Assembly (NCBI GenBank): GCA_043825985.1
Contig: JBDRRB010000072.1
Span: forward strand, 1-44,317
Origin: a bacterium
GTDB lineage: Bacteria > Patescibacteriota > Patescibacteriia > SG8-24
Direction: 5' to 3'
Length of the DNA stretch: 44,317 nucleotides
Shown: positions 17,353 to 26,728 of the stretch, in pieces
How positions within the stretch are numbered: position 1 is the stretch's first letter
Layout: the number at the start of each line of letters is the position of its first letter
The notes under the pieces: model-generated
Seen by the model: only the letters and a program-made list of their open reading frames with translations
Told to the model about the DNA's origin: nothing
Database searches by the model: none
Made by a program: the position numbers and the translations under genes

Positions 17353-18102
17353 CTAGACTCGCAGCGACTCCAGGTAGCGCAGCGGATCGAAACGTGCCTC
17401 CAGGTTGGAGGTCGCCAGCAGATCGACGACGAACGAGACCTGATCGCGAACCTGCTCGGTCAGCCTCAGGAGCGCCGTCCGCGACAGCCGCTCGCGACGC
17501 AGGAAGCGCAGCACCTTGACCGTGTCCCCCATGATCCCGAGCGAGGTTCCGGAACGGCAGCGGCGACACTCGACTCCGCCGCGCAGGACGTTCAGGGCGC
17601 TCCCGTCAAAGCCGATAGCGCCGCGGCAGCCGACGCAGACGTCGATCTCCAGTCCGAACCCGAGAACGTCGAACAGCTTGACCATGGCGGCGTTCATGAC
17701 CTGCCGTCCGCCGCCGGCCGGAAGGTCGCCGTCCATCACCGCCATGAACTCCTGCAGCAGCCAGAAGATGCGCGGCTCCGGCAGTTCACGTCGGGTCAGC
17801 GAGTCGACCGCCAGGAGCAGGGACTGGACGGTCGCCGTGCGCTCGAGGGACGAGACGATGTTCCGGTGCGTGGCGGTCAGGCTGGCTCCGGCCAGTCGGT
17901 CGAACTGCCGCCCACGGGCGACCATGATCTCGACCGTGCCAAAAGTCGCCATATGCGGCGACATCTTGCTCCTGGTCTTCCTCATCCCCTTGGCCAGGAG
18001 CGAGACCTTGCCGTGCTCCTCGGTAAAGACCGAGTAGAGGCGATCGTCGCCGCGCAGCCCGCGGGTCCGAAGGACTACGCCGACGTCACGGTAGGTAGCC
18101 AT
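17353..18102 (-). CDS. recO: DNA repair protein RecO
   Basis: N-terminal OB fold (DRLYSVFTEEHGKVSLLAKGMRK) and Cys4 zinc finger CVGC...CRRC. Confidence 0.9.
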   Translation of the reverse strand: MATYRDVGVVLRTRGLRGDDRLYSVFTEEHGKVSLLAKGMRKTRSKMSPHMATFGTVEIMVARGRQFDRLAGASLTATHRNIVSSLERTATVQSLLLAVDSLTRRELPEPRIFWLLQEFMAVMDGDLPAGGGRQVMNAAMVKLFDVLGFGLEIDVCVGCRGAIGFDGSALNVLRGGVECRRCRSGTSLGIMGDTVKVLRFLRRERLSRTALLRLTEQVRDQVSFVVDLLATSNLEARFDPLRYLESLRV

Positions 18103-18111
18103 AGATGAGAG

Positions 18112-18558
18112 TCAGCCTTGCGCCGATCCGGACATGTCCGCGCGTCCGGACCGCAGCCTCTCGATGTACGTCTCGAGGATGATCGCCGCGGCCAGCGCAT
18201 CCCGGTCGAACTTGCGGGAACTGGTCGTGCCGTACTCGCGGTGCATCCGGTCGGCCATTACGGTGCTGAAGCGCTCGTCCTCGGTCCAGACCGGCACCGA
18301 GACCAGTCCGGAAACCAGCCGAACAAATTCGCTGACCAGTTTCGCCGTCGAGCCGTCGGCCGTCCCGTGCAGGCTGGTCGGCAGGCCGACGACCAGGCCC
18401 TCCGCACCCTCCGACTCGGCTTCGGCCGCCACCCTTCGCGCCGCCTCGGCCGGATCGGCGGCCTGCACCGTCTTCAGCGGCTCAACGAAAAACGGATCGG
18501 TCTCCCCGACGGAAAGGCCGACCCTTCTGGTGCCGAAATCGACTCCCATCAGACGCAT
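18112..18558 (-). CDS. ruvX: YqgF/RuvX RNase H-fold nuclease
   Basis: LMGVDFGTRRVGLS, LVVGLP, DERFST and DALAAAIILE motifs. Confidence 0.93.
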   Translation of the reverse strand: MRLMGVDFGTRRVGLSVGETDPFFVEPLKTVQAADPAEAARRVAAEAESEGAEGLVVGLPTSLHGTADGSTAKLVSEFVRLVSGLVSVPVWTEDERFSTVMADRMHREYGTTSSRKFDRDALAAAIILETYIERLRSGRADMSGSAQG

Positions 18559-18568
18559 AGTGCAGACG

Positions 18569-19354
18569 CTACAGGCCGACTTCGGGCAGCGGAGTGAGAA
18601 TCTCCGTCCCCTCCTCGGTGATGGCCAGCGTCACCTCGAAATGCGCCGACGGACGGCCGTCGGCCGTGACGATGGTCCACTCGTCGGGCAAGATCCGAAC
18701 CTCGTCCGATCCGGCGTTGACCATCGGCTCGATGGCCAGGGTCATGCCTCTCACCAGCTTGACCGGACGCAGCGACGGGTCGAAATAGTTCGGTATCCGC
18801 GGGTCCTCGTGGACGTCGCGCCCCACGCCGTGTCCGACCAGGTCCTTGACCGTGCTGAAGCCGTTGCGCCTGACGTGCCGGTCGACGGCCTTGCCGATGT
18901 CGCTGATCCAGTTTCCGACGATCGCCTTCTCCAGGCCCAGCCGCAGCGACTCGCGGGTCACCACGGCCAGCCGCCGCAGGTCGTCGTTAATCTCCCCGAC
19001 CGGAACGGTCACGGCCATGTCGGTGCACAGGCCGCCGTACCACATCCCGATGTCCAGCTTCAGGACGTCGCCCGACCTGACCTTGCGTCCGGGCGCGGCC
19101 GGCGCATGCACGACCTCGTGGTTGATGCTGGTGCAGACCGTGGATGGAAAGCCGCGCGACTCGCCGTCGCTCCGGTAGCCCTTGAACGACGGCCGGCCGC
19201 CGGCTTCCCTGATCAGGCGTTCGGCCAGCGAGTCGAGTTCCCGCGTATCCGAACCGGGCCGGACCGCCGCAGCCACCTGCCCCAAGACGGAGGACAGGAT
19301 GGCCCCGCCCTCACGCATGGCATCGATTTCCGAACTGCTCTTGATGATATTCAT
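18569..19354 (-). CDS. map: Methionine aminopeptidase type I
   Basis: SINHEVVHAPA, LKLDIG, DMAVT, GHGVGRDVHEDP, LAIEPMVN and SAHFE. Confidence 0.96.
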   Translation of the reverse strand: MNIIKSSSEIDAMREGGAILSSVLGQVAAAVRPGSDTRELDSLAERLIREAGGRPSFKGYRSDGESRGFPSTVCTSINHEVVHAPAAPGRKVRSGDVLKLDIGMWYGGLCTDMAVTVPVGEINDDLRRLAVVTRESLRLGLEKAIVGNWISDIGKAVDRHVRRNGFSTVKDLVGHGVGRDVHEDPRIPNYFDPSLRPVKLVRGMTLAIEPMVNAGSDEVRILPDEWTIVTADGRPSAHFEVTLAITEEGTEILTPLPEVGL

Positions 19355-19382
19355 GCGGTCAGCTTAGGCGCAAAATGCTCAT

Positions 19383-19410
19383 AAAACAAGCCTGTCCGTC
19401 CTGGACAGGC
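19383..19410 (-). terminator. Intrinsic terminator after the kinase gene
   Basis: gcctgtcc/ggacaggc stem with a minus-strand ttgtttt tail. Confidence 0.6.
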
Positions 19411-19439
19411 CACTCGCCGGACAGGTCCGGAGTCTCGAT

Positions 19440-20082
19440 TCAGCCGGCCCTCAGGCAACGCTCGACCAGATCCGTCAGCCAGTCGCGAAACTCGTCCAGC
19501 GTCCCGACGTTATGGTAGAGGTTCTCCGGACGGACCAGGGCCAGGCAACGCTCGACCTGCTGCCCGTCTGACGGCTGTCCGACGCCCCGGTCACGGTCGT
19601 CGATCTCCAGAAAGGCGGAGAGCGCGTCCGAATCGCCGTCCTGCCGTCGGCCGATGAACCGCCGGAAACGAACTTCGGTCGGTGCGGTGATGCCGACCAG
19701 GACGAACCTTCCGCCCATCTCGCGCTCCAGGGCACTGACGTCCCCGGGATGGCGAAGCCCGTTCACCGCCCACCGGTCGCCGCCGCCGGATCGCAGTCGG
19801 TCGAGCGCCCGAAGGGACCAATAGCCCGTATCCCCGGACTCGAACCGGCCGCGGTCGCCGATGTCCTGAAACTGGAAGGTGCTCGGCTCGACCAGGCCCT
19901 GCCGGGCAGCCTCCGCCCGGATCGCGTCGGACAGCCGGCACGACTCGAACCCGAGGCCCTCAAGCAGCCGGGAGGCTTCGTCCTTAGCCGGCGGCCTTCG
20001 TCCCGGTCAGCCCGACGAGCAGGCATTGGCCGTCACGGCCGGACAGCATGTCGAATGAGCTGGAGCTGGAACGGTCGGACAT
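19440..20082 (-). pseudogene. P-loop nucleotide kinase (dephospho-CoA/CMP-kinase-like) interrupted by a +1 frameshift
   Basis: From ATG 20082: ...LLVGLTGTKAAG then TAA (19986-19984). Skipping one base gives K-D-E-A...RLSDAIR...NGLRHPGDV...ITAPTEVRFRR...GDSD, open to 19440. The span is 643 nt = 3x214+1. Confidence 0.8.
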
Positions 20083-20095
20083 AGCGTTTCGGCAC

Positions 20096-20752
20096 CTAGT
20101 CGCCGATCGCCTCCAGGATAGAACCGGCGACGTCTGCGATGGACTGCCCGCCGTCGATCTCCCGCAGCAGTCCCCGCTCGCGGTAGTACTCGACCAACGG
20201 CGCGGTCTCCGAGTTGAACAGCGCGAAGCGGCGGATGATCGCCTCCGGACGGTCGTCGCCTCTCTGAATGAGAGGCGAACCGCAACGGTCGCACTTTTCC
20301 GGATCGCCCTGCGGCGGATTGAACTCGATATGAAAGTTGGTCTCGCACTTGCGGTTCGAGCAGACCCGCCGACCGGTCAGCCGGTTCATGGCCTCGCTCT
20401 CCGAGAGGCGAATGTAGACGACGTCGCTCAGCTCACGGCCGTCCTCGGCCAAGGTGACCGACAGTTCCTCGGCCTGCCGGGCATTCCGGGGAAAGCCGTC
20501 CAGGATGAACCCCTGCCGGGCGTCCGGTTCGGCGACGCGCTCGGCGATGGCCTGGCAGACCAGCTCGTCCGGGACCAGCTCGCCTCCGGTCACGTACTCG
20601 GCGATCTTCTGGCCGAGCTCCGATCCCTCCTCCATCTCCGAACGGAACAGCCGGCCGGTCGAGATGATCGGCACGGACAGGGTCCGCGACAGCAGTTCGG
20701 CCTGCGTACCCTTACCGGAGCCCTGGATGCCGAGCATGACGATGTTTTTCAT
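20096..20752 (-). CDS. adk: Adenylate kinase (Cys4 zinc LID)
   Basis: GIQGSGKGTQA, ISTGRLFR, GELVPDE, GFILDGFPRN and RRVC...C...CDRC...QRGDD. Confidence 0.96.
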   Translation of the reverse strand: MKNIVMLGIQGSGKGTQAELLSRTLSVPIISTGRLFRSEMEEGSELGQKIAEYVTGGELVPDELVCQAIAERVAEPDARQGFILDGFPRNARQAEELSVTLAEDGRELSDVVYIRLSESEAMNRLTGRRVCSNRKCETNFHIEFNPPQGDPEKCDRCGSPLIQRGDDRPEAIIRRFALFNSETAPLVEYYRERGLLREIDGGQSIADVAGSILEAIGD

Positions 20753-20763
20753 TGGATGGAAGG

Positions 20764-21648
20764 TTAGGGAATGAATATAGCCGCCAGATAGCCGGCGGCC
20801 AGACCGAGGACAGTCGTGGGCAGGGTCGGATACAGCCCGCCGGAACCGTCACGCGAAGGCAGCGTCGCGGACAGGCTCAGGCCGATCAGCCCTCCGACCG
20901 CGGAAGCGAGACCGGCCACCGGTCCGACATGCCACAGTGCCGAGACGACGAAGACCGTCGGCAACGCCAGGTCCACCACGTCCAGACAAGCGAAGCGTCC
21001 GTCGGTCGGCAGGTCGGAGACCCGAACCGTCAGACCGTTCGGACGCAACGGATAAATGAAAGCAAAGAAAGCCCTACGCCGCAAGAGTCTCCTCCCCAAC
21101 CGGACGGTCAGGCCGGAAAGACTGGTCGCCGCCAGGTCATAAGCCGACAGCAGGCCCAGTACCAGCAGCAGCACCGTAGGATCGAGGCTGACGCCGACGG
21201 CCGCGCCGACTCCGGCCATACCGAGGCAGAGCAGCAGGTCATAGGTGACGACTCGCGGACGGCCGTAGTAGATTGCGGTCCCGAGACAGAACGAGACGAC
21301 GGCCGCCGCCGGACCGAGCAGGACGTTGGCGTCGTAGCTGATGCCGAGCAGGACGACCAGAGACAGCACGGCCCCGATCAGCCTGGTCCCGCGAACCGAC
21401 CTTATCCCGAACAGGAGCAGCAGCAGGACGATCCCGAAGGTCACCAGCCAGCTCCAAACCGAATACGGTCCGTAGGAATCCGCCGTAGACGGCGATGCCC
21501 CGGCCGGAACCGATGACATCAGCGTCATGGCGGACGAGACGGCCAGCATTACCGCCAGGCTGACCGCGGACTGAACGGCGACAAGACGGCGACCCGCGGC
21601 TGCGGACCCGACCGTCGCTGACTGGTTGGCGGACCGTACGAAAGTCAT
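20764..21648 (-). CDS. Presenilin/signal-peptide-peptidase-like (A22) polytopic membrane protein with degenerate motifs
   Basis: About nine hydrophobic segments; SAYDL (YD), LDVVDL where GxGD is expected, and YPTLP where PAL is expected. Confidence 0.65.
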   Translation of the reverse strand: MTFVRSANQSATVGSAAAGRRLVAVQSAVSLAVMLAVSSAMTLMSSVPAGASPSTADSYGPYSVWSWLVTFGIVLLLLLFGIRSVRGTRLIGAVLSLVVLLGISYDANVLLGPAAAVVSFCLGTAIYYGRPRVVTYDLLLCLGMAGVGAAVGVSLDPTVLLLVLGLLSAYDLAATSLSGLTVRLGRRLLRRRAFFAFIYPLRPNGLTVRVSDLPTDGRFACLDVVDLALPTVFVVSALWHVGPVAGLASAVGGLIGLSLSATLPSRDGSGGLYPTLPTTVLGLAAGYLAAIFIP

Positions 21649-21687
21649 GGGGAAAATGCGTAGACGCCGTTTATGACCGACAGAAAA

Positions 21688-21716
21688 AACCTATCAGTCC
21701 GGCCGGGGTAAGACAA
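21688..21716 (-). promoter_or_regulatory. Candidate promoter of the presenilin-like gene
   Basis: Minus strand TTGTCT, 17-nt spacer ending TGa, TAGGTT. Confidence 0.45.
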
Positions 21717-21721
21717 CGGAC

Positions 21722-21755
21722 GGAAACCGAAATGCCGCCCGCGAACGGACGGCAC
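21722..21755 (-). terminator. Terminator after secY
   Basis: Minus strand gtgccgtccg-TTCG-cgggcggcat followed by ttcggtttcc. Confidence 0.6.
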
Positions 21756-21783
21756 CGGATCGGCCTGAATGCTGACGTGCGGT

Positions 21784-23061
21784 CTAAAGCGACTCGTACT
21801 CCCGCATGGTCAGCTGGGAATTGATCTGATTGACGATCTCGATCACCACCGAGACGACGATCAGCAGGCTGGTGCCGCCGATGACCATCGTCTGTGTGCC
21901 GAGAGACTCCTGCATGATGAGCGGCAGCACCGCGATGGCCGCCAGGAAGAAGGCGCCGGCCGGCATGATCCGATTGATCGTGCGCTGGATGAACTCGGCC
22001 GTCGGCCGACCGGGACGGACGCCCGGCACGTAGCCGCCCTGCTTCTGCAGATTCTCCGCCACCCGGTCGGGATGGAAGATCACCGCGGTATAGAAGTAGG
22101 TGAAGCCGAAGACCAGCACGAAGTACAGGATCCCGTAGATGAGCTGGTTCTGGAAGATCTCGATGGTCTTCTGGGCAGCCGTGGCCAGCCATTCCGTCTT
22201 GGCGCGGACGAAGAACTGTCCGACCATGGACGGCAGCAGAATGATCGAGATGGCGAAGATGATCGGGATCACTCCGGCCATGTTCACCCGCAGCGGCAGG
22301 AATGTCTCCGCCCCCCCGTAGGATCGGGTGCCGCGCATCTGCTTGGCGTAGACGACCGGGATGTTCCGCTGCCCCTCGGAGATCAGCACCACGCCGGCGA
22401 TGGTCAGCAGGGCGATGGCCGCATAGGCCACCCAGACCACGATTTGCGACGAATCGTAGGTCACGAGTGCCTGCTGCAGGGTCGTCGGCAGACTGGAAAT
22501 GATTCCAGCCAGGATCATGATCGAGATTCCGTTTCCGATCTTGCGTTCCGAGATCAGCTCGCCGATCCACATCAGGAAGACGGTGCCGGTCGTCATGACC
22601 ATGGCCATCATGGCCATCTGGAACAGGTCGACGCTCGGGGAAATGATTCCGTTCCCGGTCTGCCTCAGCAGGGTGATCATGGCATAGCCCTGCAGCAGGG
22701 CCAGCGGCACGGTCAGCAGACGAGTGTACTGGTTGATCTTCTCCTGTCCGGCCTGCCCGTCCTTCTGCATCTCTTCCAGACGCGGAACGATCATCGCCAA
22801 CAGCTGGAAGATGATCGAGGCGGTAATGTACGGACCGACGCCCAAGGCGACGATGGAAAATGACTCCATCGTGCCGCCGGAAAACACGTTGAACAGGCCG
22901 AGGACCTGGTTCTGGGCGAAGAACTCCTTGAGCGCCTCGGTGTCCACGCCCGGAATCGGTATGTGCGCGGCACCCCTGAAGATGACCAGCATCAGCAGCA
23001 CGAACAGGACGCTGTATCGCAGGTCCTTGGTTTTCCAAATCCGCTGCAAAGTCTTCAGCAT
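21784..23061 (-). CDS. secY: Preprotein translocase SecY
   Basis: SIVALGVGPYITASII, GELISERKIGNGISIMI, AGVIPIIFA, IPGVRPG-like VPGVRPG and GGTSLLIVV. Confidence 0.98.
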   Translation of the reverse strand: MLKTLQRIWKTKDLRYSVLFVLLMLVIFRGAAHIPIPGVDTEALKEFFAQNQVLGLFNVFSGGTMESFSIVALGVGPYITASIIFQLLAMIVPRLEEMQKDGQAGQEKINQYTRLLTVPLALLQGYAMITLLRQTGNGIISPSVDLFQMAMMAMVMTTGTVFLMWIGELISERKIGNGISIMILAGIISSLPTTLQQALVTYDSSQIVVWVAYAAIALLTIAGVVLISEGQRNIPVVYAKQMRGTRSYGGAETFLPLRVNMAGVIPIIFAISIILLPSMVGQFFVRAKTEWLATAAQKTIEIFQNQLIYGILYFVLVFGFTYFYTAVIFHPDRVAENLQKQGGYVPGVRPGRPTAEFIQRTINRIMPAGAFFLAAIAVLPLIMQESLGTQTMVIGGTSLLIVVSVVIEIVNQINSQLTMREYESL

Positions 23062-23177
23062 ACGGTAGGTTTGGTCATTGAAACGTCGCCGCCGAATCCA
23101 GTCCCGTCAGGGACGGCCCGAACGACAACAGTCATGATAGCACGGTTAGAGCGGCCCAGACGACGAGGACAGGCACG

Positions 23178-23618
23178 CTATTCGACCTGTCCGCCGGCCA
23201 CCTCGATCGACTTCCGGGCGCCGGCCGTGAGCAGGCAACCGGAAACGTGCAGCTTCTTGGTGATCGTTCCGCCGCCGACGATCTTGACGCCGTGGCGGTA
23301 CTCCGAAACCAGCCCCTTCTTGGCGACCGATGCCGGGGTCACGCTCTCTCCGACGACAAAGGCCTTGTCCAGTGAGGACACCTTCACGCAGGACGGCTTG
23401 ACCTTGAGGCTGCGAAATCCGCGCAGCTTCGGGGTGGCCAGCATGACCTGACGGAAACCGCGCAGCTGGCGCCGGTTCCGTCCGCCGGTCCTGGCGGCCT
23501 GTCCCTTGGTGCCGCGTCCGGCGGTCGTACCCTTACCGGAGGCGTTGCCGCGACCGACCCGCTTCGGCTTGCTCCGCGAGCCGTCGGCCGACTTTAGATT
23601 GTGCATCTCGAGTGCCAT
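23178..23618 (-). CDS. rplO: 50S ribosomal protein uL15
   Basis: KRVGRGNASGKGTTAGRGTKGQ. Confidence 0.96.
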   Translation of the reverse strand: MALEMHNLKSADGSRSKPKRVGRGNASGKGTTAGRGTKGQAARTGGRNRRQLRGFRQVMLATPKLRGFRSLKVKPSCVKVSSLDKAFVVGESVTPASVAKKGLVSEYRHGVKIVGGGTITKKLHVSGCLLTAGARKSIEVAGGQVE

Positions 23619-23630
23619 AAGTGCCTTTCT

Positions 23631-24260
23631 TTACTCGGACTTCTGCTCGACGGACTCGGACGTCCCGTCGGCCTTGGCCGAACGTCCCGCCCCGCCCTTC
23701 GCCGAATCGACCTGCTTCAGGCCGCGCAACGCCAGCATGGTCGCCTTGGCGTTGTTGATCTTGTTGTTCGACCCGAGGATCTTGGCCACGACGTTCGGTA
23801 CGCCAGCCAGCTCCAGCACGACCCGGACCGCACCGCCGGCCTTGACGCCGGTACCTTCCGGAGCCGGCTTGATCATCACCTGAGCGGCGGCGAACTTGCG
23901 GCGGACCTCATGCGGAACAGTACCGCCAGCCACCGGAACGCTGATCATGACCTTCTTGGCCTTGCTGGTCGCCTTGTTTACCGCCTGCTGAACGTCGGCG
24001 CCCTTGGCCACGCCGTATCCGACGCGTCCCTTGCGGTCACCGAGGATGATGCAGGCGCGAAAGCGCATGCGCTTGCCGCCCTTGGTGACGCGGGTCACCC
24101 GAGCCAGGTCCAGGATGCGAGAGTCGAACTCGCTCTTCTCCTCCGGCCGCCGTCCGCGAGGACCGCGGCTGCCTGGCCTGCTGCCGCCACGGGACGGACC
24201 GCCGCTCTGCTTCCGCTCGCTGGGCACGCTTGTCTGCTGCTCTTTATCCATAATACCCAT
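23631..24260 (-). CDS. rpsE: 30S ribosomal protein uS5 (N- and C-terminal extensions)
   Basis: RVTRVTKGGKRMRF, GRVGYG and PAPEGTGVKAGG. Alternative start at 24251. Confidence 0.96.
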   Translation of the reverse strand: MGIMDKEQQTSVPSERKQSGGPSRGGSRPGSRGPRGRRPEEKSEFDSRILDLARVTRVTKGGKRMRFRACIILGDRKGRVGYGVAKGADVQQAVNKATSKAKKVMISVPVAGGTVPHEVRRKFAAAQVMIKPAPEGTGVKAGGAVRVVLELAGVPNVVAKILGSNNKINNAKATMLALRGLKQVDSAKGGAGRSAKADGTSESVEQKSE

Positions 24261-24262
24261 CG

Positions 24263-24652
24263 TTAAAACGTGAGGCCGTTATCCCGCGCCCCCTGAGCCA
24301 GGGCGGCGACACGTCCGCTGAAGGAGAATCCGCCCCGGTCGAAGACCACTTCCTTGATGCCGGCCTTCACGGCCTTCTCCGCCAGGAGCTTGCCGATCGC
24401 GTAGGAAACGGCCGTCTTGCCCTTCCGTCCGCCTTCGGCCTGGGCGGCGACCGACTTGGCGTCGATCTCGTGCTCGTCGGCGGCCACCAGCGTCCGGCCG
24501 GCCACGTCGTCTATGACCTGAGCGTAGACGTGCTTGAGGCTCCTGAAGACCGCCAAACGCGGCCGGGCGGCCGTACCCGAGACCTTGGCCCGGATGCGAC
24601 GCCGACGGCTGATGCGCGTCTGCCACTTCTTAGCTGCTTTCATGTCTGCCAT
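24263..24652 (-). CDS. rplR: 50S ribosomal protein uL18
   Basis: RPRLAVFRSLKHVYAQVIDD, FDRGG and GARDNGLTF. Confidence 0.96.
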   Translation of the reverse strand: MADMKAAKKWQTRISRRRRIRAKVSGTAARPRLAVFRSLKHVYAQVIDDVAGRTLVAADEHEIDAKSVAAQAEGGRKGKTAVSYAIGKLLAEKAVKAGIKEVVFDRGGFSFSGRVAALAQGARDNGLTF

Positions 24653-24666
24653 ATGTCTTCTGCCCC

Positions 24667-25206
24667 TTATGACTTCGAGGTCTTACCGGCCTTGCGCTGG
24701 ATCGTCTCCTCGACGTACTTGATGCCCTTGCCCTTGTACGGCTCGGGCTTCCGGATGCGGCGAATTCGCGCCGCGGTCTCGCCGACGAACTGCTTGTCGA
24801 TGCCGGCCACGGTGATGACGTTCTTCTCGACCGTGATGGTGATCCCCTCCGGGATCGGGAAATCGACCTCGTGCGAAAAGCCGACGTCCAGCTTCAGGAC
24901 CTTCCCCTGGACTCCGACCTTGTAGCCGACGCCGTTCACCTCGAGCTTCCTGTCGAAGCCGGAGGTGACGCCGGCGACCATGTTGTCGATGAGGCGGACG
25001 AACAGACCCCACAGGGCCCGGTCGCTGACGTTAGTCTCGTCCTTGACCGTTACGGTTACGACTCCGTCGGCCAACGTCGCCTCGACGTGCGGATGGAGCT
25101 CCAAATCCAAGGTGCCCTTGGGGCCCTTGACGGTCACCTTCCGGCCGTCGATCTTCAGTTCGACGCCGGACGGCACTGTGATTGGTTTCTTGCCGACTCT
25201 GGACAT
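24667..25206 (-). CDS. rplF: 50S ribosomal protein uL6
   Basis: MSRVGKKPI, VKGPKG and RKPEPYKGKGIKY. Confidence 0.97.
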   Translation of the reverse strand: MSRVGKKPITVPSGVELKIDGRKVTVKGPKGTLDLELHPHVEATLADGVVTVTVKDETNVSDRALWGLFVRLIDNMVAGVTSGFDRKLEVNGVGYKVGVQGKVLKLDVGFSHEVDFPIPEGITITVEKNVITVAGIDKQFVGETAARIRRIRKPEPYKGKGIKYVEETIQRKAGKTSKS

Positions 25207-25230
25207 AAGCTTTTCGTCACTGCTGTTCCT

Positions 25231-25620
25231 TTAGAACACCTCGCACAGCACCTCGCCGCCGAGCTTCCTCTTCCGGGCCTCCCGGTTGGTCATGATGCCC
25301 TGGGAAGTGGAGACGATGGCGATTCCGCGGTCCGACCTGACCCGCGGCAGGGATGCGTATCCGGCGTAGGACCTCTGCCCCGGGCGGGAAACGCGCCGGA
25401 TGCTGGTGATGGCCGAACCGTCCTGACCGTACCTGAGGGAGATGCGGATCTCGCCGAATCCGACGTCCGACTTTTCGATGCCGGAAACGTAACCCTCGGA
25501 AGCGAGGATCTTGGCGATCGCGTATTTCATGTTCGAGTACGGGACGCGCACCTCCGGCTTCTTGACCAGATAGGCGTTCCGGATCCTCGTAAGCATGTCT
25601 GAAATTGGATCTGTGATCAT
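25231..25620 (-). CDS. rpsH: 30S ribosomal protein uS8
   Basis: TDPISDMLTRIRNA, SRPGQRSY and STSQG...GGEVLC. Start set at ATG 25620. Confidence 0.97.
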   Translation of the reverse strand: MITDPISDMLTRIRNAYLVKKPEVRVPYSNMKYAIAKILASEGYVSGIEKSDVGFGEIRISLRYGQDGSAITSIRRVSRPGQRSYAGYASLPRVRSDRGIAIVSTSQGIMTNREARKRKLGGEVLCEVF

Positions 25621-25637
25621 AGGCTTGCCTCCATTTC

Positions 25638-25823
25638 TTACCAAGACGACTTCCTGATGCCTGGGATCTCGCCTCTTCTGGCCATCTCCCGGAAGCAGAT
25701 GCGGCAGAGCTTGAAGTCCCTCATGAAGCCGTGCCGGCGTCCGCAGTTCCAGCAGCGCCTGACGACCCGAGTCGAGAACTTGGGCTCCTTGTTTGACTTT
25801 ACGATTTGCGCTTGTGTAGCCAT
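25638..25823 (-). CDS. rpsN: 30S ribosomal protein uS14, zinc-binding type Z
   Basis: RCWNCGR...LCRICFRE...IPGIRKSSW. Confidence 0.96.
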   Translation of the reverse strand: MATQAQIVKSNKEPKFSTRVVRRCWNCGRRHGFMRDFKLCRICFREMARRGEIPGIRKSSW

Positions 25824-25835
25824 AGCTAGCTGCTG

Positions 25836-26390
25836 CTATTTCTGGGACGACCGGAACGGGAATCCGGCTGCCTTGAATAGGGCCAGTCCCCGCTCCCGAG
25901 TTCCGGCGTCGGTGACGATCGTGATCTCCAGCCCGTGCGTCGTGTCGGCGTCCTCCGGCGAGATCTCCGGGAAGGCGATGAACTCGCGGAACCCGATCGA
26001 CATGCTGCCGTGGGCATCGACCGACTTGGGCTGCAGACCGCGGAAGTCGCGCGAGCGGGGCAGGGTCAGACTGATCAGCTTGTCGATGAAGTCGTACATC
26101 CGGTTCCCGCGGAGCGTGACGGCCATGCCGACCACGTTACCCTCGCGAATCTTGAAGCTGGCGATCGACTTGCGGGCCAGCGTCTTGACCGGCTTCTGGC
26201 CGCTGATCTTGGTCAGCGTCCGCTCGACCGCGTCGACGAACTTCGGGTCCTTGAGCCCATGCTTGAGGCCGACGTTCATGGTCACCTTGACGAACTTCGG
26301 GATCGCGTTGGCGTTGGTCTCGCCGAGCTCCTGCTTCAGGGCCGGAGCGATCACCTTCTCGTATTTTTCCTGCAAACGTGTCTTCGGCAT
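25836..26390 (-). CDS. rplE: 50S ribosomal protein uL5
   Basis: ISGQKPV, SIASFKIREG, VTLRG and LPRSRDFRG. Start set at ATG 26390. Confidence 0.97.
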   Translation of the reverse strand: MPKTRLQEKYEKVIAPALKQELGETNANAIPKFVKVTMNVGLKHGLKDPKFVDAVERTLTKISGQKPVKTLARKSIASFKIREGNVVGMAVTLRGNRMYDFIDKLISLTLPRSRDFRGLQPKSVDAHGSMSIGFREFIAFPEISPEDADTTHGLEITIVTDAGTRERGLALFKAAGFPFRSSQK

Positions 26391-26394
26391 ATGC

Positions 26395-26718
26395 TCACTC
26401 GATAGCTTCACTGCATTTCTTGCAGGTCCGCACCTTCTTCGTACCCTGCCCCTCCCCGTCCAGACGGCGCACTCCGACCCTGGTCGGTTTGGCGCACTTC
26501 GGGCAGACGAGCTGCACGTTGGACGCGTTGAGCGGGGCGCTATAGGTCAGCTTCTGACCCTTCTCGCCCTGCCGACGGACCTTCAGGTGCTTGGTCAACT
26601 GGTTGACCCCCTCGACTACGACCTTTTCCAGCGCCGGGAAGGCCTGAGTGACCTTGCCGGTCTTGCCCCGGTCCTTACCCGCCGTGACCCTTACGTTGTC
26701 GCCTTTCCTGATTCTCAT
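26395..26718 (-). CDS. rplX: 50S ribosomal protein uL24
   Basis: IRKGDNVRVTAGKDRGKTG and VVVEGVN. Confidence 0.96.
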   Translation of the reverse strand: MRIRKGDNVRVTAGKDRGKTGKVTQAFPALEKVVVEGVNQLTKHLKVRRQGEKGQKLTYSAPLNASNVQLVCPKCAKPTRVGVRRLDGEGQGTKKVRTCKKCSEAIE

Positions 26719-26728
26719 AGGCTGCGGG

